Shown in pieces: positions 17,790 through 27,281 of a DNA stretch of 64,000 nucleotides. Within the stretch, counting starts at the first letter, position 1. Each line of letters starts with the position of its first letter. Origin of the DNA: Planctomycetota bacterium (GTDB taxonomy: Bacteria > Planctomycetota > UBA8108 > UBA1146 > JAJFFE01); NCBI GenBank assembly GCA_050246115.1, contig JBFWWP010000004.1, positions 98,521-162,520 of the forward strand, read 5' to 3'. The translations under genes were made by a program, and so were the position numbers. The notes under the pieces are model-generated. The model was not told the origin of the DNA, did not search any database, and saw nothing but the letters and a program-made list of their open reading frames with translations.

Positions 17790-18575
17790 ATGAAGCACCC
17801 ACAGCACCACGTCAGGTTCCCGGTCACGGAACCCCACCAGCTGGACCAGGACGAGTCCTATTTCCTCTTGGTCGAGGATGGCACCGAACGCCGACTGCGC
17901 TTCCACGACTACCGACAAATCTATCAACGACCCGGTCTGTACGAGCAGCTCTTCTACCAACGACTGAAGTGCGGCTCTCCGAAGCGAGTCGCAGACATCC
18001 TCAGCAAGGTCCTGCGCGACAACCGCGAGGAAATGTCAGAGTTGCGTGTCCTCGATCTCGGCGCCGGCAACGGGATGTTTGGGGAACAGCTCCAGTCGAT
18101 GGGGGTCGCCCGCGTCATTGGGGTCGACATCTGCCGAGAAGCGGGCATGGCTTGTGACCGAGATCGACCCGGAGTCTATGACGCGTACTTCGTACGCGAT
18201 CTCTGCGAGTTGGACGCCGAGACCCAGCGGGAGCTCGCGGAGTGGCAGATCGACTGCCTCTCTTGTGTGGCCGCGCTCGGATTTGGGGACATTCCTGCGC
18301 GAGCCTTTGCCAATGCATTCAATCTGGTTGCCGCATCCGGCTGGATCGCCTTCAACATCAAGGAGTCGTTCCTCCTCGAGAGTGACACTTCCGGCTTCTC
18401 GCGGTTGATCAAGTCGTTGCTCGTCAACGACGCGCTCGAGGTGCACCATCTCGAACGCTATCGCCACCGGATCTCGATCGACGGACGTCCGTTGTTCTAC
18501 TACGCACTGGTGGGACGGAAGGAGTCGGATATCCCGAACCGAATCATGGACTCCCTCGGGGACACCGTCGCTTGA
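17790..18575 (+). CDS. Class I SAM-dependent methyltransferase
   Basis: Trimmed to the ATG at 17790, preceded by AGGAG 8 nt upstream. 'VLDLGAGNGMFG' motif I, 'VIGVDI', acidic motif II region. Confidence 0.65.
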   Translation: MKHPQHHVRFPVTEPHQLDQDESYFLLVEDGTERRLRFHDYRQIYQRPGLYEQLFYQRLKCGSPKRVADILSKVLRDNREEMSELRVLDLGAGNGMFGEQLQSMGVARVIGVDICREAGMACDRDRPGVYDAYFVRDLCELDAETQRELAEWQIDCLSCVAALGFGDIPARAFANAFNLVAASGWIAFNIKESFLLESDTSGFSRLIKSLLVNDALEVHHLERYRHRISIDGRPLFYYALVGRKESDIPNRIMDSLGDTVA

Positions 18576-18700
18576 TCGTCCGACCGTCGCCGTGCGAGCC
18601 AGATCTCGGCCGCGCGCTGGGGCGGCTCGCCAAGGCCTGCCGTGCGGACTTGCCGCATAAGCACCGTTGATTGTGATCTGAATTTTGATAGCCTGTGGTT

Positions 18701-19621
18701 ATGGAAGTGACCATCCGGCACTTAGAGTACGTGGTCGCCTTGTCGGAAGCTCAGAGCTTCAGCCGAGCGGCGGAGCGTTGCCATGTGACGCAACCGGCTC
18801 TCAGCACGCAGATCCAACGGCTCGAAACCCACCTCGGGGTGAAGCTGTTCGAACGGGGCAATCGCCAGGTCCTGCTGACCCACGCCGGCACCCAGGTGAC
18901 GCAGATCGCGCAACGGGTGCTCGGGGACGTGCGCGCGCTGGCTGGGGCCGCGGCTACCTTCGCCAACCCGCTCGCTGGAACCCTGCGACTGGGCGTGATT
19001 CCGACCGTGGCGCCGTACTTCCTGCCGCGCGCGATGGTTGCCATCCGAAAGCACTTGCCCGAGCTGCGGTTCCTCGTCCGGGAGGAACGTACGCAAGAGC
19101 TCGTGGCGCGGGTGCAGCGTGGGGACACCGATCTGCTGCTCTTGGCACTCGAAGCCGAACTCGAGAATCTCGAGACGTTCCCTCTGTTCGAGGATCCCTT
19201 CGTCGTGGCCATGCCGCCGCAGCATCCCCTCGCTCGACGCCGGCAAATCCGACAGCGCGACTTGGCTGGGGCGCCGGTGCTGCTCCTCGAAGACGGCCAC
19301 TGCCTGCGGGATCAAGCGCTACCCCTCTGTGAGTCGGCAGGGGCTTGCGAGATTGCCGACATTCGAGCAACCAGCCTCGTCACGCTCCTGCAGATGGTCT
19401 CTGCGGGCCTGGGTCTCACGCTGATCCCGCGGCTCGCCGTCGACGTCGAGACGCGACGCGACCGCGGCCTCGTGCTGCGCCCGCTCTCCAGCCCCCGTCC
19501 GTTTCGCACCATCGGACTGGCGTGGCGACCGTCCTCCCCGCACGTCGAGCACTACAGGCGCTTGGCGCAGCTGTTTTGCAAGGCCGCTCCGGTGCTCACC
19601 CGAATCGATGAGCGCACGTGA
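18701..19621 (+). CDS. oxyR: LysR-family redox regulator OxyR
   Basis: HTH 'LEYVVALSEAQSFSRAAERCHVTQPALSTQIQRLE'. The redox-cysteine region 'LLLEDGHCLRDQALPLCESAGA...IRATSLVTLLQMV' is strongly reminiscent of E. coli OxyR 'LLLEDGHCLRDQAMGFC...RATSLETLRNMV'. AT-rich upstream region. Confidence 0.8.
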   Translation: MEVTIRHLEYVVALSEAQSFSRAAERCHVTQPALSTQIQRLETHLGVKLFERGNRQVLLTHAGTQVTQIAQRVLGDVRALAGAAATFANPLAGTLRLGVIPTVAPYFLPRAMVAIRKHLPELRFLVREERTQELVARVQRGDTDLLLLALEAELENLETFPLFEDPFVVAMPPQHPLARRRQIRQRDLAGAPVLLLEDGHCLRDQALPLCESAGACEIADIRATSLVTLLQMVSAGLGLTLIPRLAVDVETRRDRGLVLRPLSSPRPFRTIGLAWRPSSPHVEHYRRLAQLFCKAAPVLTRIDERT

Positions 19622-19678
19622 GCATTCGGCAAGTCGGGCAAAACCACCGCCCGCTCGCACGGGGTCGATCGACCTCGG

Positions 19679-21811
19679 TCACAACCCTCGCATCTCGCCG
19701 GTGAGCGCCTGGTGAATGAGCACCCAGTCGAAAGCGAACTGGCTGCTCTGGAGAATCGCCTCGACTCGCGGCACTGCCCATGGGCCGAGAGCCACGATCT
19801 CGGCTCGCAGCCGTGCACGCTCGTCCGTTTCGGTCGCGCGCTCGAGCGCCTCTCGCAACCGCTCCCAGTTCCGCTCTGCGAGTCGATTCGCTCCCACGCG
19901 CCGCCAGTAGTCCCGCCAGAGCTCGACTCCCCGCGCTCGCTCGGCGGGCGATCCCGAAGCGGAAAACGGGAGGCGCTCGTGGGTGAGGTTCTCGAGGGCC
20001 CGATGAGCGCTGAGTCGAAGCTGCGGATCCGGGTCTTCCAGCTGGTCGGTCACGGCCGGCACGGCCTCCACGGCTCCCCATCGCTGGAGAGTCGCGAGCG
20101 CGAGCATACGAAGTACGCTACCGCGTGAGCGATCGCGGAGCAGCTGGATCGCCTCCTCGAGGTGCGATCGATCCCCTTCGTCACCCCAGCGACGCAGGGA
20201 CGCACGCTGCGCAAGCCAGACCTCGAGATCCTCGACCGAGACGTCGCCGTCGAGGCCGCTGATGCGCTGCACCTGGACCCGCGCGAAACGATCGACCGCG
20301 TCACGTTTCTCATTGCGCAGCGATGCGAGGTACGGCAGGAGATCGGGCATCTGGTCGGGCGGGACGGTGTCCACGATCTCGGCGGCCACAGCCTGAAGCT
20401 CAGCGGAGCGCAGTCGATTCAGAGCGCCGAACACCTCGGACAAGCTGACCATGCCATCGCGACTCGGCAAGTAGACGCGTCCCGTGGAGACCCCGTGGTC
20501 GACCTTCTCCGCGACACTGCCGGCTCCGGTCGGAACCGGGCCGGCCGGAGTGATGCGAAGGGAACGCGTGGCCCGATTCAGAAACAGCAATGCGAACGAG
20601 GTGCTGACCAACTCGTACTCCGGATCCGTGTCTCCTCGGGAGTTGGGCCCCCGACCCCATGCGCCGTTCTGCTTCTGCTGCCCCAACAGCACGCGAGCAT
20701 GCTTCAGGTACCAATCGACCCCGCCCAAGGTGTGAATCCCACCGAGATCCATGGCCTTCTCGAAGGAGTACAGCGTGTAGTAGTAGTTGCGCCACAGATT
20801 GCCCTGATCGAGAGGGTGTAGCTCGAGTAGCTCGCGCAACGAGAGCAGACCGCCGACGATCAAGGTGTCGATCGCGTCGCGCCTCTCGGGGGTCAGGGCC
20901 GCGGCGGCGACGAACCCCGACCGCACGACCATGAGTGACGAAGTGGCGGCGGCAATCATACTGTGAGTCGAGTTGGCACCCTCGCTCGGCGACAGGTTCC
21001 ACCGCGGTCGGTAGGGCCATCCCTTGGCAACGCCCTGCAACAGGTACGTGTGACCGTCGACGCTGACCAAAGGGTCCGACTCCGGATCGCGGGGTCCGTG
21101 GAGCGACGCCGGCGCCGAGGCCGTGTCATCCCACCAACCACTGCCCTCGAACTGGAGCCAAGAGGGTCCGAGTTGGTCGCTCCCCGCCTCTTCGTACGCT
21201 GCCAGCATTTCGTTCAGCACACGCTCCGGAATCTCGATCTTCCAACGCAGCGCAACCTGCAGAGCGAGGGCCGCGAACTGAGAGTTGGAGAAGTCGACCC
21301 AAGTCGCGGAACGCTTGACGGCGGACGTTCCCGACGGCATGCGTTGATAACCCCAGATTCCCTTGCCGCGCAGTCGTGCATCCACCAGCCAAGTGACACA
21401 GCGAGCGATCTGACGCTCCACCTTGGCGTCGCTTCCCGGTTCGATGCCCAGCGCCCGCGCTCGGGAGTCGAGAGCAATTGCCAGGAGTGCCACCCCATAG
21501 ACGTTGGTCAGCGGCAGACGTTCGATCTCCCCGAAGAGACGCTCGATGCCCGCGGACCCGGCGGGGACCCCAGACTCGATCAACGCGTAGGCGATCAAGG
21601 CCCGCATCCCGATGGGATAGCTCTGCGCGGTAGCCCCGAAGCTCGACAGAGCTTCCTTCTGGAGAAAGTTGACCCCGAGTTCGATGGCTTGGTTGACATG
21701 CTGCTCGAACGGCTGCGGATCGCCAGCTCTGGCGCGACTCGGCGCAACGAGGCCGACGACGAGTCCGAAGCACATCCCGAGAATCGCGCAGCGGCAAACT
21801 CCGGCGATCAT
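19679..21811 (-). CDS. Secreted protein with prenyltransferase/terpene-cyclase-like alpha-alpha repeats (QxxxGxW) and C-terminal HEAT (PBS-lyase-type) repeats
   Basis: Trimmed to the ATG at 21811 ('MIAGVCRCAILGMCFGLVVGLVAPSRARA' signal peptide). 'QQKQNGAWG' QW-type motif. C-terminal 'PDLLPYLASLRNEKRDAVDRFA...SVLRMLALATLQRWGAVEAVPAVTDQLEDPDPQLRLSAHRALENL'. The start codon overlaps the stop of the upstream FHA gene (ATGA). Confidence 0.55.
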   Translation of the reverse strand: MIAGVCRCAILGMCFGLVVGLVAPSRARAGDPQPFEQHVNQAIELGVNFLQKEALSSFGATAQSYPIGMRALIAYALIESGVPAGSAGIERLFGEIERLPLTNVYGVALLAIALDSRARALGIEPGSDAKVERQIARCVTWLVDARLRGKGIWGYQRMPSGTSAVKRSATWVDFSNSQFAALALQVALRWKIEIPERVLNEMLAAYEEAGSDQLGPSWLQFEGSGWWDDTASAPASLHGPRDPESDPLVSVDGHTYLLQGVAKGWPYRPRWNLSPSEGANSTHSMIAAATSSLMVVRSGFVAAAALTPERRDAIDTLIVGGLLSLRELLELHPLDQGNLWRNYYYTLYSFEKAMDLGGIHTLGGVDWYLKHARVLLGQQKQNGAWGRGPNSRGDTDPEYELVSTSFALLFLNRATRSLRITPAGPVPTGAGSVAEKVDHGVSTGRVYLPSRDGMVSLSEVFGALNRLRSAELQAVAAEIVDTVPPDQMPDLLPYLASLRNEKRDAVDRFARVQVQRISGLDGDVSVEDLEVWLAQRASLRRWGDEGDRSHLEEAIQLLRDRSRGSVLRMLALATLQRWGAVEAVPAVTDQLEDPDPQLRLSAHRALENLTHERLPFSASGSPAERARGVELWRDYWRRVGANRLAERNWERLREALERATETDERARLRAEIVALGPWAVPRVEAILQSSQFAFDWVLIHQALTGEMRGL

Positions 21812-24498
21812 TGCTTGCCCTCGTTGGTCAGTGGCGGAGACTCGTCCTCGGCTCCACCCGGGCCCGGCAACGACGCGCTGCGAAGTGCCGGGTGAAAACG
21901 ACGCGCGATCTCGGACTCGTGAAGCACGCGACCACGCCCGTGCCCGGCCCCCCAATGGACGCGTACGGTTTCCGTGCCGGCGCCGGCACGAGCCGGCCCC
22001 CACAGCCAAAGATCGACGGACAGGTTCGGAAGGCGCAGAGAGAGGAGATCGAGCGCGGAAGCGAAGTCTTCCCAGTGTTGGTCGTTGCCACCAGCGACAC
22101 GTCGATCGACGGGGGGCGGCTCCGGCATCGGCACCCACACGACAGTGGGTCGCTCGGGGATTGCCCCCTCAGCCTGGCGTGTGAGCTCTCCCATCGCGAG
22201 CAGCAGCGTGCGCGCGGCTGGGCGATAGACGCTGCCGTGCGAACCACCCGCCCGCAACCGGTAGGCACCCGTCTCCCAGCGCGACTCGTCGATCGCGTCC
22301 GCGGGCGGCGTCGAAGCAGCGGTCGCATCACCGGGCTCGCCCGCGCTCTGCGCCGATCGCAGCAGGCCGCGAACCCAGTCATCGAGCCCCGGCGCCGTGG
22401 CGGGCACCCGGGGTTCGCCGAGCCGGTCCGTCAGGCGGCGTAGGCCGGGGGTCAGCATACCGTCGGCGAGCCAGATCGCGTGGCGAAGGTCCGGCGGGGA
22501 TTCCGCTGCGCGGCGGAGCGGATCGCGGTGCGAAAGCACCCAGCGCGTCGACGCGGAACTCGGCGCGGCGTGGGCTTGGATCTGGGCCAAGGAAACGCTC
22601 GGGTCGGAGGGGAACGTGAAGAGCGTGGCGTGCTCGAGTCGGGCCCACAGCCGCGGGATGCGCGCCGGCTCTCGCAGCAGCTCCCGGACCGGAAACGAAC
22701 ACCACACTTCGACTCGAACCGCGAGCGGTTGGCCGCCTGCGACCGGCCCGCCGCGCGCGTCGTGCGGCAACACCGGCGGTCGCGCGACGAAGCTGCCGAA
22801 GCACTCTTCTTCAATGAATAGCCGAGGATCGGCACTGCCGTCGAAGAGTCGCTTCGTCAGGGCATCGATGGCGTCCTCGGGGAGATCCCGTTCGCCGATC
22901 CAACGCGAGAAGCGCTTCACCCAGATCGCGTCTTGCCCAGGCTCCGGAGGCGGCACGCCGAGCGCGGGACCGTAGGCCAACGTCCGAATCAGGAGCCGTG
23001 CTGCATCCGCGGGCTCCAGTTCCGTGCCCGCGAGTTCGATGAGGCCAAGTTCCTCGTCCGCATCGAGGCGACGACCCAGTAGGGCCACCGCGAGACTGCG
23101 CAGCACCACGTCATAACGGACCGGGCGGGGTTGTGTACGACCCGCCGCAAGCCAATCCTCGAACTCGGCGTCCGCATCGTCATGCGGGATCGGCGCGTTG
23201 GATCTCGCGGACGCTGGCGGTGCCGACTCGCGCGCCGGGTGGGCGCCGACAATGCGCCGGATGGTGCTGCCCCACTCGGCAGGCGAGTCCGGCACGACCC
23301 CGATCCGCAGCGCCTCCGGCAGTCGAAACGCGCCGGATCGCGGCAACGATGATCGCTCGGCGAGCACCCGGCGCGATCGCTCCATCCACAGGTCGGGATC
23401 TCCGCGCAACTCGGCGACGATCTGATCACAGGACGCAGACCGCCACCGCGCCAGTTCGGCGAGCGTGGGCCGGCGACCGAGCAACAGCTCCGTCGTCCGG
23501 CGCAGCTCGCGCAGGCGCTCAACGGGGTACTCGTCCAGCCAGTCCGGAAGAGGCGACGCGATCGAGTGCGGAGTGATCAGTCGCCCGCGGGCCGCGAGCG
23601 CCGCCTCGATTCCCGCGGAGAGCGTGGCGTCGACGGTGAGCGGTAGCGCGCGGGAATGGGCCGCGACGCCGGGGATCTCGGCCAGCCACCAATCCGATCC
23701 GCGTCGCTCGATCCGAGCCCGACTGCGCACGGCCAGAATGTTGCGCTCCCAACGCCCCACTTCGGCGGGGCTACCGGGCAGTAGATCGAGCTGTGCCGTC
23801 GCGAGGTGACAGCCGCCGCCCTCGCAGGTGCGATCCAGTTCGGCGCCGAGCGCGTGCCAGGGAACTCCCACGGCGGTCGACGCCGCCGCCACGGGAGCGG
23901 GCGTCGGCGTTGACGCTGCAGGGCCGACAACTTCGCCGACGGCGTCCGATGTTCCCGTGGGTTCCGCGGGCGTCGGCGTGTAGAGCGCGGGAGTCGGCGC
24001 GGCCTCGCGACGTGGGAAAGCTCCGGCCCACCACAGCGCCACGCCACCGAGCCCACCGCCCAACAGGAAGATGCCGAGCAGGACGTTGCGCTCGGCGCGA
24101 TTCCACAGGGACGTCGCCGAAGCCAGATCTTCAGCGACGCCCGATGCGCGGGGTCCGTCGCTTGCCTCGGCGTTCGCATCGAGAGTCCCCGCGGGCTCCG
24201 GCCCATCGCCACAGACGGTGACCGTCACGTTGCCGAGCGTGAACTCGTCGCCGACCGTGACCTCGAGCGACTTGCACCGGGTCCCTGCGTAACGGATGCC
24301 GTTACGCGACCCGAGATCCTCGAGCCGAAACCTGTCGGTCCCCGCGATGGGTTCGATCGAAGCATGGAGCTTGGAGACGGACGGATCCACGATGCGGATC
24401 GCCGCGCGACGCGAACGACCCAGAATCGCTGGACGGTCGGGAATCGGCACCCGGGCGGGTGACGCATCGTGCGCGGCCCGAGTCAGCAGGTACGGCAT
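21808..24498 (-). CDS. FHA-domain protein with single TM segment and large C-terminal domain of unknown function
   Basis: Trimmed to the ATG at 24498. FHA: 'AILGRSRRAAIRIVDPSVSKLHASIEPIAGTDRFRLEDLGSRNGIRYAG'. TM: 'VLLGIFLLGGGLGGVALWWAGAF'. The remaining ~650 aa have no motif I recognise. Confidence 0.6.
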   Translation of the reverse strand: MPYLLTRAAHDASPARVPIPDRPAILGRSRRAAIRIVDPSVSKLHASIEPIAGTDRFRLEDLGSRNGIRYAGTRCKSLEVTVGDEFTLGNVTVTVCGDGPEPAGTLDANAEASDGPRASGVAEDLASATSLWNRAERNVLLGIFLLGGGLGGVALWWAGAFPRREAAPTPALYTPTPAEPTGTSDAVGEVVGPAASTPTPAPVAAASTAVGVPWHALGAELDRTCEGGGCHLATAQLDLLPGSPAEVGRWERNILAVRSRARIERRGSDWWLAEIPGVAAHSRALPLTVDATLSAGIEAALAARGRLITPHSIASPLPDWLDEYPVERLRELRRTTELLLGRRPTLAELARWRSASCDQIVAELRGDPDLWMERSRRVLAERSSLPRSGAFRLPEALRIGVVPDSPAEWGSTIRRIVGAHPARESAPPASARSNAPIPHDDADAEFEDWLAAGRTQPRPVRYDVVLRSLAVALLGRRLDADEELGLIELAGTELEPADAARLLIRTLAYGPALGVPPPEPGQDAIWVKRFSRWIGERDLPEDAIDALTKRLFDGSADPRLFIEEECFGSFVARPPVLPHDARGGPVAGGQPLAVRVEVWCSFPVRELLREPARIPRLWARLEHATLFTFPSDPSVSLAQIQAHAAPSSASTRWVLSHRDPLRRAAESPPDLRHAIWLADGMLTPGLRRLTDRLGEPRVPATAPGLDDWVRGLLRSAQSAGEPGDATAASTPPADAIDESRWETGAYRLRAGGSHGSVYRPAARTLLLAMGELTRQAEGAIPERPTVVWVPMPEPPPVDRRVAGGNDQHWEDFASALDLLSLRLPNLSVDLWLWGPARAGAGTETVRVHWGAGHGRGRVLHESEIARRFHPALRSASLPGPGGAEDESPPLTNEGKQ

Positions 24499-24826
24499 TC
24501 GAAGAACTCCGCAACCGGCCGGAGGGTGGAACGGCCACCCCATTAGAGAGGTCCGCGACCCCCAATGCAACAGGCAGCACCTCCAGCCGTCCAGCCGGCC
24601 AGCGACCGGGGAGCGCCCGAGGCCACTCGTGGCGTCTTTGCGTCCAGGTGTGTTCCAGCGAGACCGAGGCCGGCGCGAGGGACTCGGAGATGGAGTGCGC
24701 ACTCGTGACGTGGACCCTCAACGCGCGGGAAACATGCACCCCGGGCGATTGACACCGGCGCGGTCCATCGCGGGCCAGAGAGACGCAGCGAGCCCCGTAG
24801 CAAGATCCACCAACGAAAGGGCGACC

Positions 24827-25159
24827 GTGACATCGACACTGGGTCTGTTCGGGCTCCTCGACGCGCTACGCCGGGACCTGGCGCTCGAGGCAGTCCTGGA
24901 GGCTTACACGAGCAACTCCACCTTCGCGACGCTGCGCCGCAAGATCGGCGAACCGATCCGCGACATCGGTTCCGGCCGCCACATCTATGTCTACCGCCTC
25001 GGCGATCGTCGCGCGGTCACGTTCGTCGTGACTTCGGAGGACGAGCCGATCGCGAGCGCCGCCCTCCACGACGGCTACGACCTCGACGCGGGACTCGGCA
25101 AGTTCATCGAAGAGCTAACGCCGCGCGACACTCGTGCCAGAAAGCCGCGCGAACCGTAA
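24827..25159 (+). CDS. Small hypothetical protein (~110 aa); GTG start
   Basis: Compositionally protein-like ('LGLFGLLDALRRDLALEAVLEAYTSNSTFATLRRKIGEPIRDIGSGRHIYVYRLGDRRAVTFVVTSEDEPIASAALHDGYDLDAGLGKFIEEL'). GAAAGG upstream of GTG 24827. No family assigned. Confidence 0.3.
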   Translation: MTSTLGLFGLLDALRRDLALEAVLEAYTSNSTFATLRRKIGEPIRDIGSGRHIYVYRLGDRRAVTFVVTSEDEPIASAALHDGYDLDAGLGKFIEELTPRDTRARKPREP

Positions 25160-25382
25160 CGTCACCCGCCCGCCACCGCCGCGTGGGTTCTCGAGCCCGT
25201 CGACGAGTCTCACGATCCAGAGCCGCGCTTCATCACATCACCACCACGAGCCGAGCGGGGTCGCCATCGCCGGATTGTCGACCCTTCATTCTGACCGCTG
25301 GTGAACGGAAGCTACCATCTCGAGGCGGCACCTCGAGTGGGCTCTGCAGGCAACCTCGACCGAACGGAGGGTGTCGACGAAC

Positions 25383-25862
25383 AGGCTCCCAGGGCGCGCC
25401 AGAGCGGCCGATCGAGCATGGGCTCCTGACATGCGTAACGATGGTGGCTCCATCGCCGTGTGTGGCGTGCCCAGCCCGGCGCCACTCGGGACGCCGAGCA
25501 CGAACTGGCTTTCTCCGGATCGCGCTCGGTGCCCCGAGCCGAAGGCGAGTGCTTGTGGGTGAAGTGGATGCGGCTGTGCCGGCGCCACGATGGTGGTAGG
25601 CGTGGGGCCCAGGCGGTAAGCGGAGGGTGCCGTGGCGCGAGGCCAAGATGCGGACAGGCTGTCCGCGCTCCCAGGGCGCGCCGGGGCATGTGAAGAGCGC
25701 GGGACTTGCGTATGCGTCGCGTTGGTGCGTTGGGCGGGGGAGAAGACGGGGACGGGATCGTCGACGCGGTGCTGGGCACGCTATGCAGGGCGATCGAGTC
25801 ACCATCGCCGTGTGTGGCGTGCCCAGCCCGGCGCCACTCGGGACGCCGAGCGCGAACTGGCG
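25383..25862. repeat. Dispersed intergenic repeat family B, locus 2 (one partial and one fuller copy; 60-bp subunit 'ccatcgccgtgtgtggcgtgcccagcccggcgccactcgggacgccgagc.cgaactggc' present twice)
   Basis: 25648-25815 matches 7509-7845 (see that feature). 25452-25511 and 25808-25862 are near-identical to each other. 'gctcccagggcgcgcc' occurs at both 25385 and 25660. Confidence 0.55.
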
Positions 25863-26212
25863 TTCTCGGGGTTGCGGCGTGGCGTGCCCAGCCGGGCGTC
25901 GACGATCCGGTTCCCTCTTCTTCCCCGCCCGACGCGCTGGCGCGGGCAGCGCTGCCGACTGGCGGCAAGCCGGCCTGGGCATTGTTGCCGGGCAGTCAAC
26001 GGTTGGCGCCACTTCGCGTCGCCGAGAGCCTGGGGCAGCACAGCCGTTCCACCACACGGCAAACGACTTGGGGCGTTCCCGCTCGATTCGCGGGCGCGGC
26101 GCATGGTTGTTGCCCCTCGGAGGTCGATCCTACGGGCTCCTGCGTGCCGCGCTCGGGTCACGCCAGGTCGGGATCATCCAAAGACAAGTTTCGCGAAGGG
26201 AGTCATGCGCCT

Positions 26213-27271
26213 GTGTATCAACTGGCAGGGATCGTTCTCCTCTTGTTGTGTCCGACGGTAGCATTTTTCACGCCTCTGTGGTTGCGTCACCCCAAGGTGC
26301 GCGCCGCCTTCCAACGACTCGCGGCCCGACTTCCACGGATCCCCATGCGGGAGGGCTACCAGCCCGCGAACCGAGATCGGCTGCCTCCGAGCAGCCCAGC
26401 GCAGTGCCGCACTCGCGCCTTCGTTCGCGGTGGGATCCTCGCGGCTTCGATCATTTGCGGCGTCGTGGTGTTCGGGGCGTTTCCTGACGCCAAGGGTACG
26501 GACTTCGCCCACCTGCGAAACGCGCTCTTGAGTGGTGGGCTTTTGGGGGCTGTGATCATTGGCGTATCGGCCGCGGCCCACTCGGCGTCGCTGAGCCTGC
26601 GTTGTGCGAGTTCCTTGGGTCGCTTCGGACTGCGCGGGGTGTGGCGCAACACTACGGTCCAGCGCGCGCCGTCGTTTCGGGCCGAGCTGCTGAAGCAGAT
26701 CGACGAGACCGGAACCCTGGATGCTCTGAGCGAGAATGGGCTCGACGTACTCACCGCACTCTCGCACCCAGCTCACGTGGCGCTAGCGGTCCCTCATGCT
26801 GCGCTCGCAGGCGCCACGATTCGTCTCGTGCTGCTTCCTCCGCGCAGTGCGATCGTCGATCCGGAGCGCAAACGCAGCTCGTGCGCGGAGGAAGCTCTCG
26901 TGCGACGGCGCGTCAGCCCAGAGCAACACTGGCGCGATCTCCAGCGGACCCTCGAGGCGGTTGCGCAGTGGCAGACCTGCTCCGATGTGAAGATCCAGGT
27001 ACGGTTCTTGGAGGCGCGCCCAGCAATGCACGCCATGGTCACCGGCTCGAGGGCGTGGTTCCGGCCGTGGCTGTCGGACGGGACGCTGTGGGTCGACGCA
27101 AGTGCGACCGCTGACAATGGTGGTCTATTCGACCTGGCACGCGACGGTTTCCTGAGCGCTTGGGCCACGGCCGCCGAGGAACTCAGCTACTCCCTGGCCG
27201 CTGGTCCGACGAGCTCGACCGTGATTCGCAAGGGACTCGAGCCCACGCAACTGCGTCTCATCGAAACTTGA
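26213..27271 (+). CDS. Hypothetical membrane-anchored protein
   Basis: Track ORF 25706-27271 runs through the repeat region. Trimmed to the GTG at 26213 (GAAGGGAG upstream), just before the TM helix 'LAGIVLLLLCPTVAFFTPLWL'. The remainder is soluble with no recognisable motif. Confidence 0.4.
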   Translation: MYQLAGIVLLLLCPTVAFFTPLWLRHPKVRAAFQRLAARLPRIPMREGYQPANRDRLPPSSPAQCRTRAFVRGGILAASIICGVVVFGAFPDAKGTDFAHLRNALLSGGLLGAVIIGVSAAAHSASLSLRCASSLGRFGLRGVWRNTTVQRAPSFRAELLKQIDETGTLDALSENGLDVLTALSHPAHVALAVPHAALAGATIRLVLLPPRSAIVDPERKRSSCAEEALVRRRVSPEQHWRDLQRTLEAVAQWQTCSDVKIQVRFLEARPAMHAMVTGSRAWFRPWLSDGTLWVDASATADNGGLFDLARDGFLSAWATAAEELSYSLAAGPTSSTVIRKGLEPTQLRLIET

Positions 27272-27281
27272 TCCGCACGAG

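Noticed and set aside
16350-17960. 536-aa minus-strand ORF; also 14135-15814 and 55012-56754 minus-strand ORFs
   Set aside because: Antisense to the supported monooxygenase/methyltransferase, TMTC-like and GT-C-like genes respectively; compositionally off-frame.
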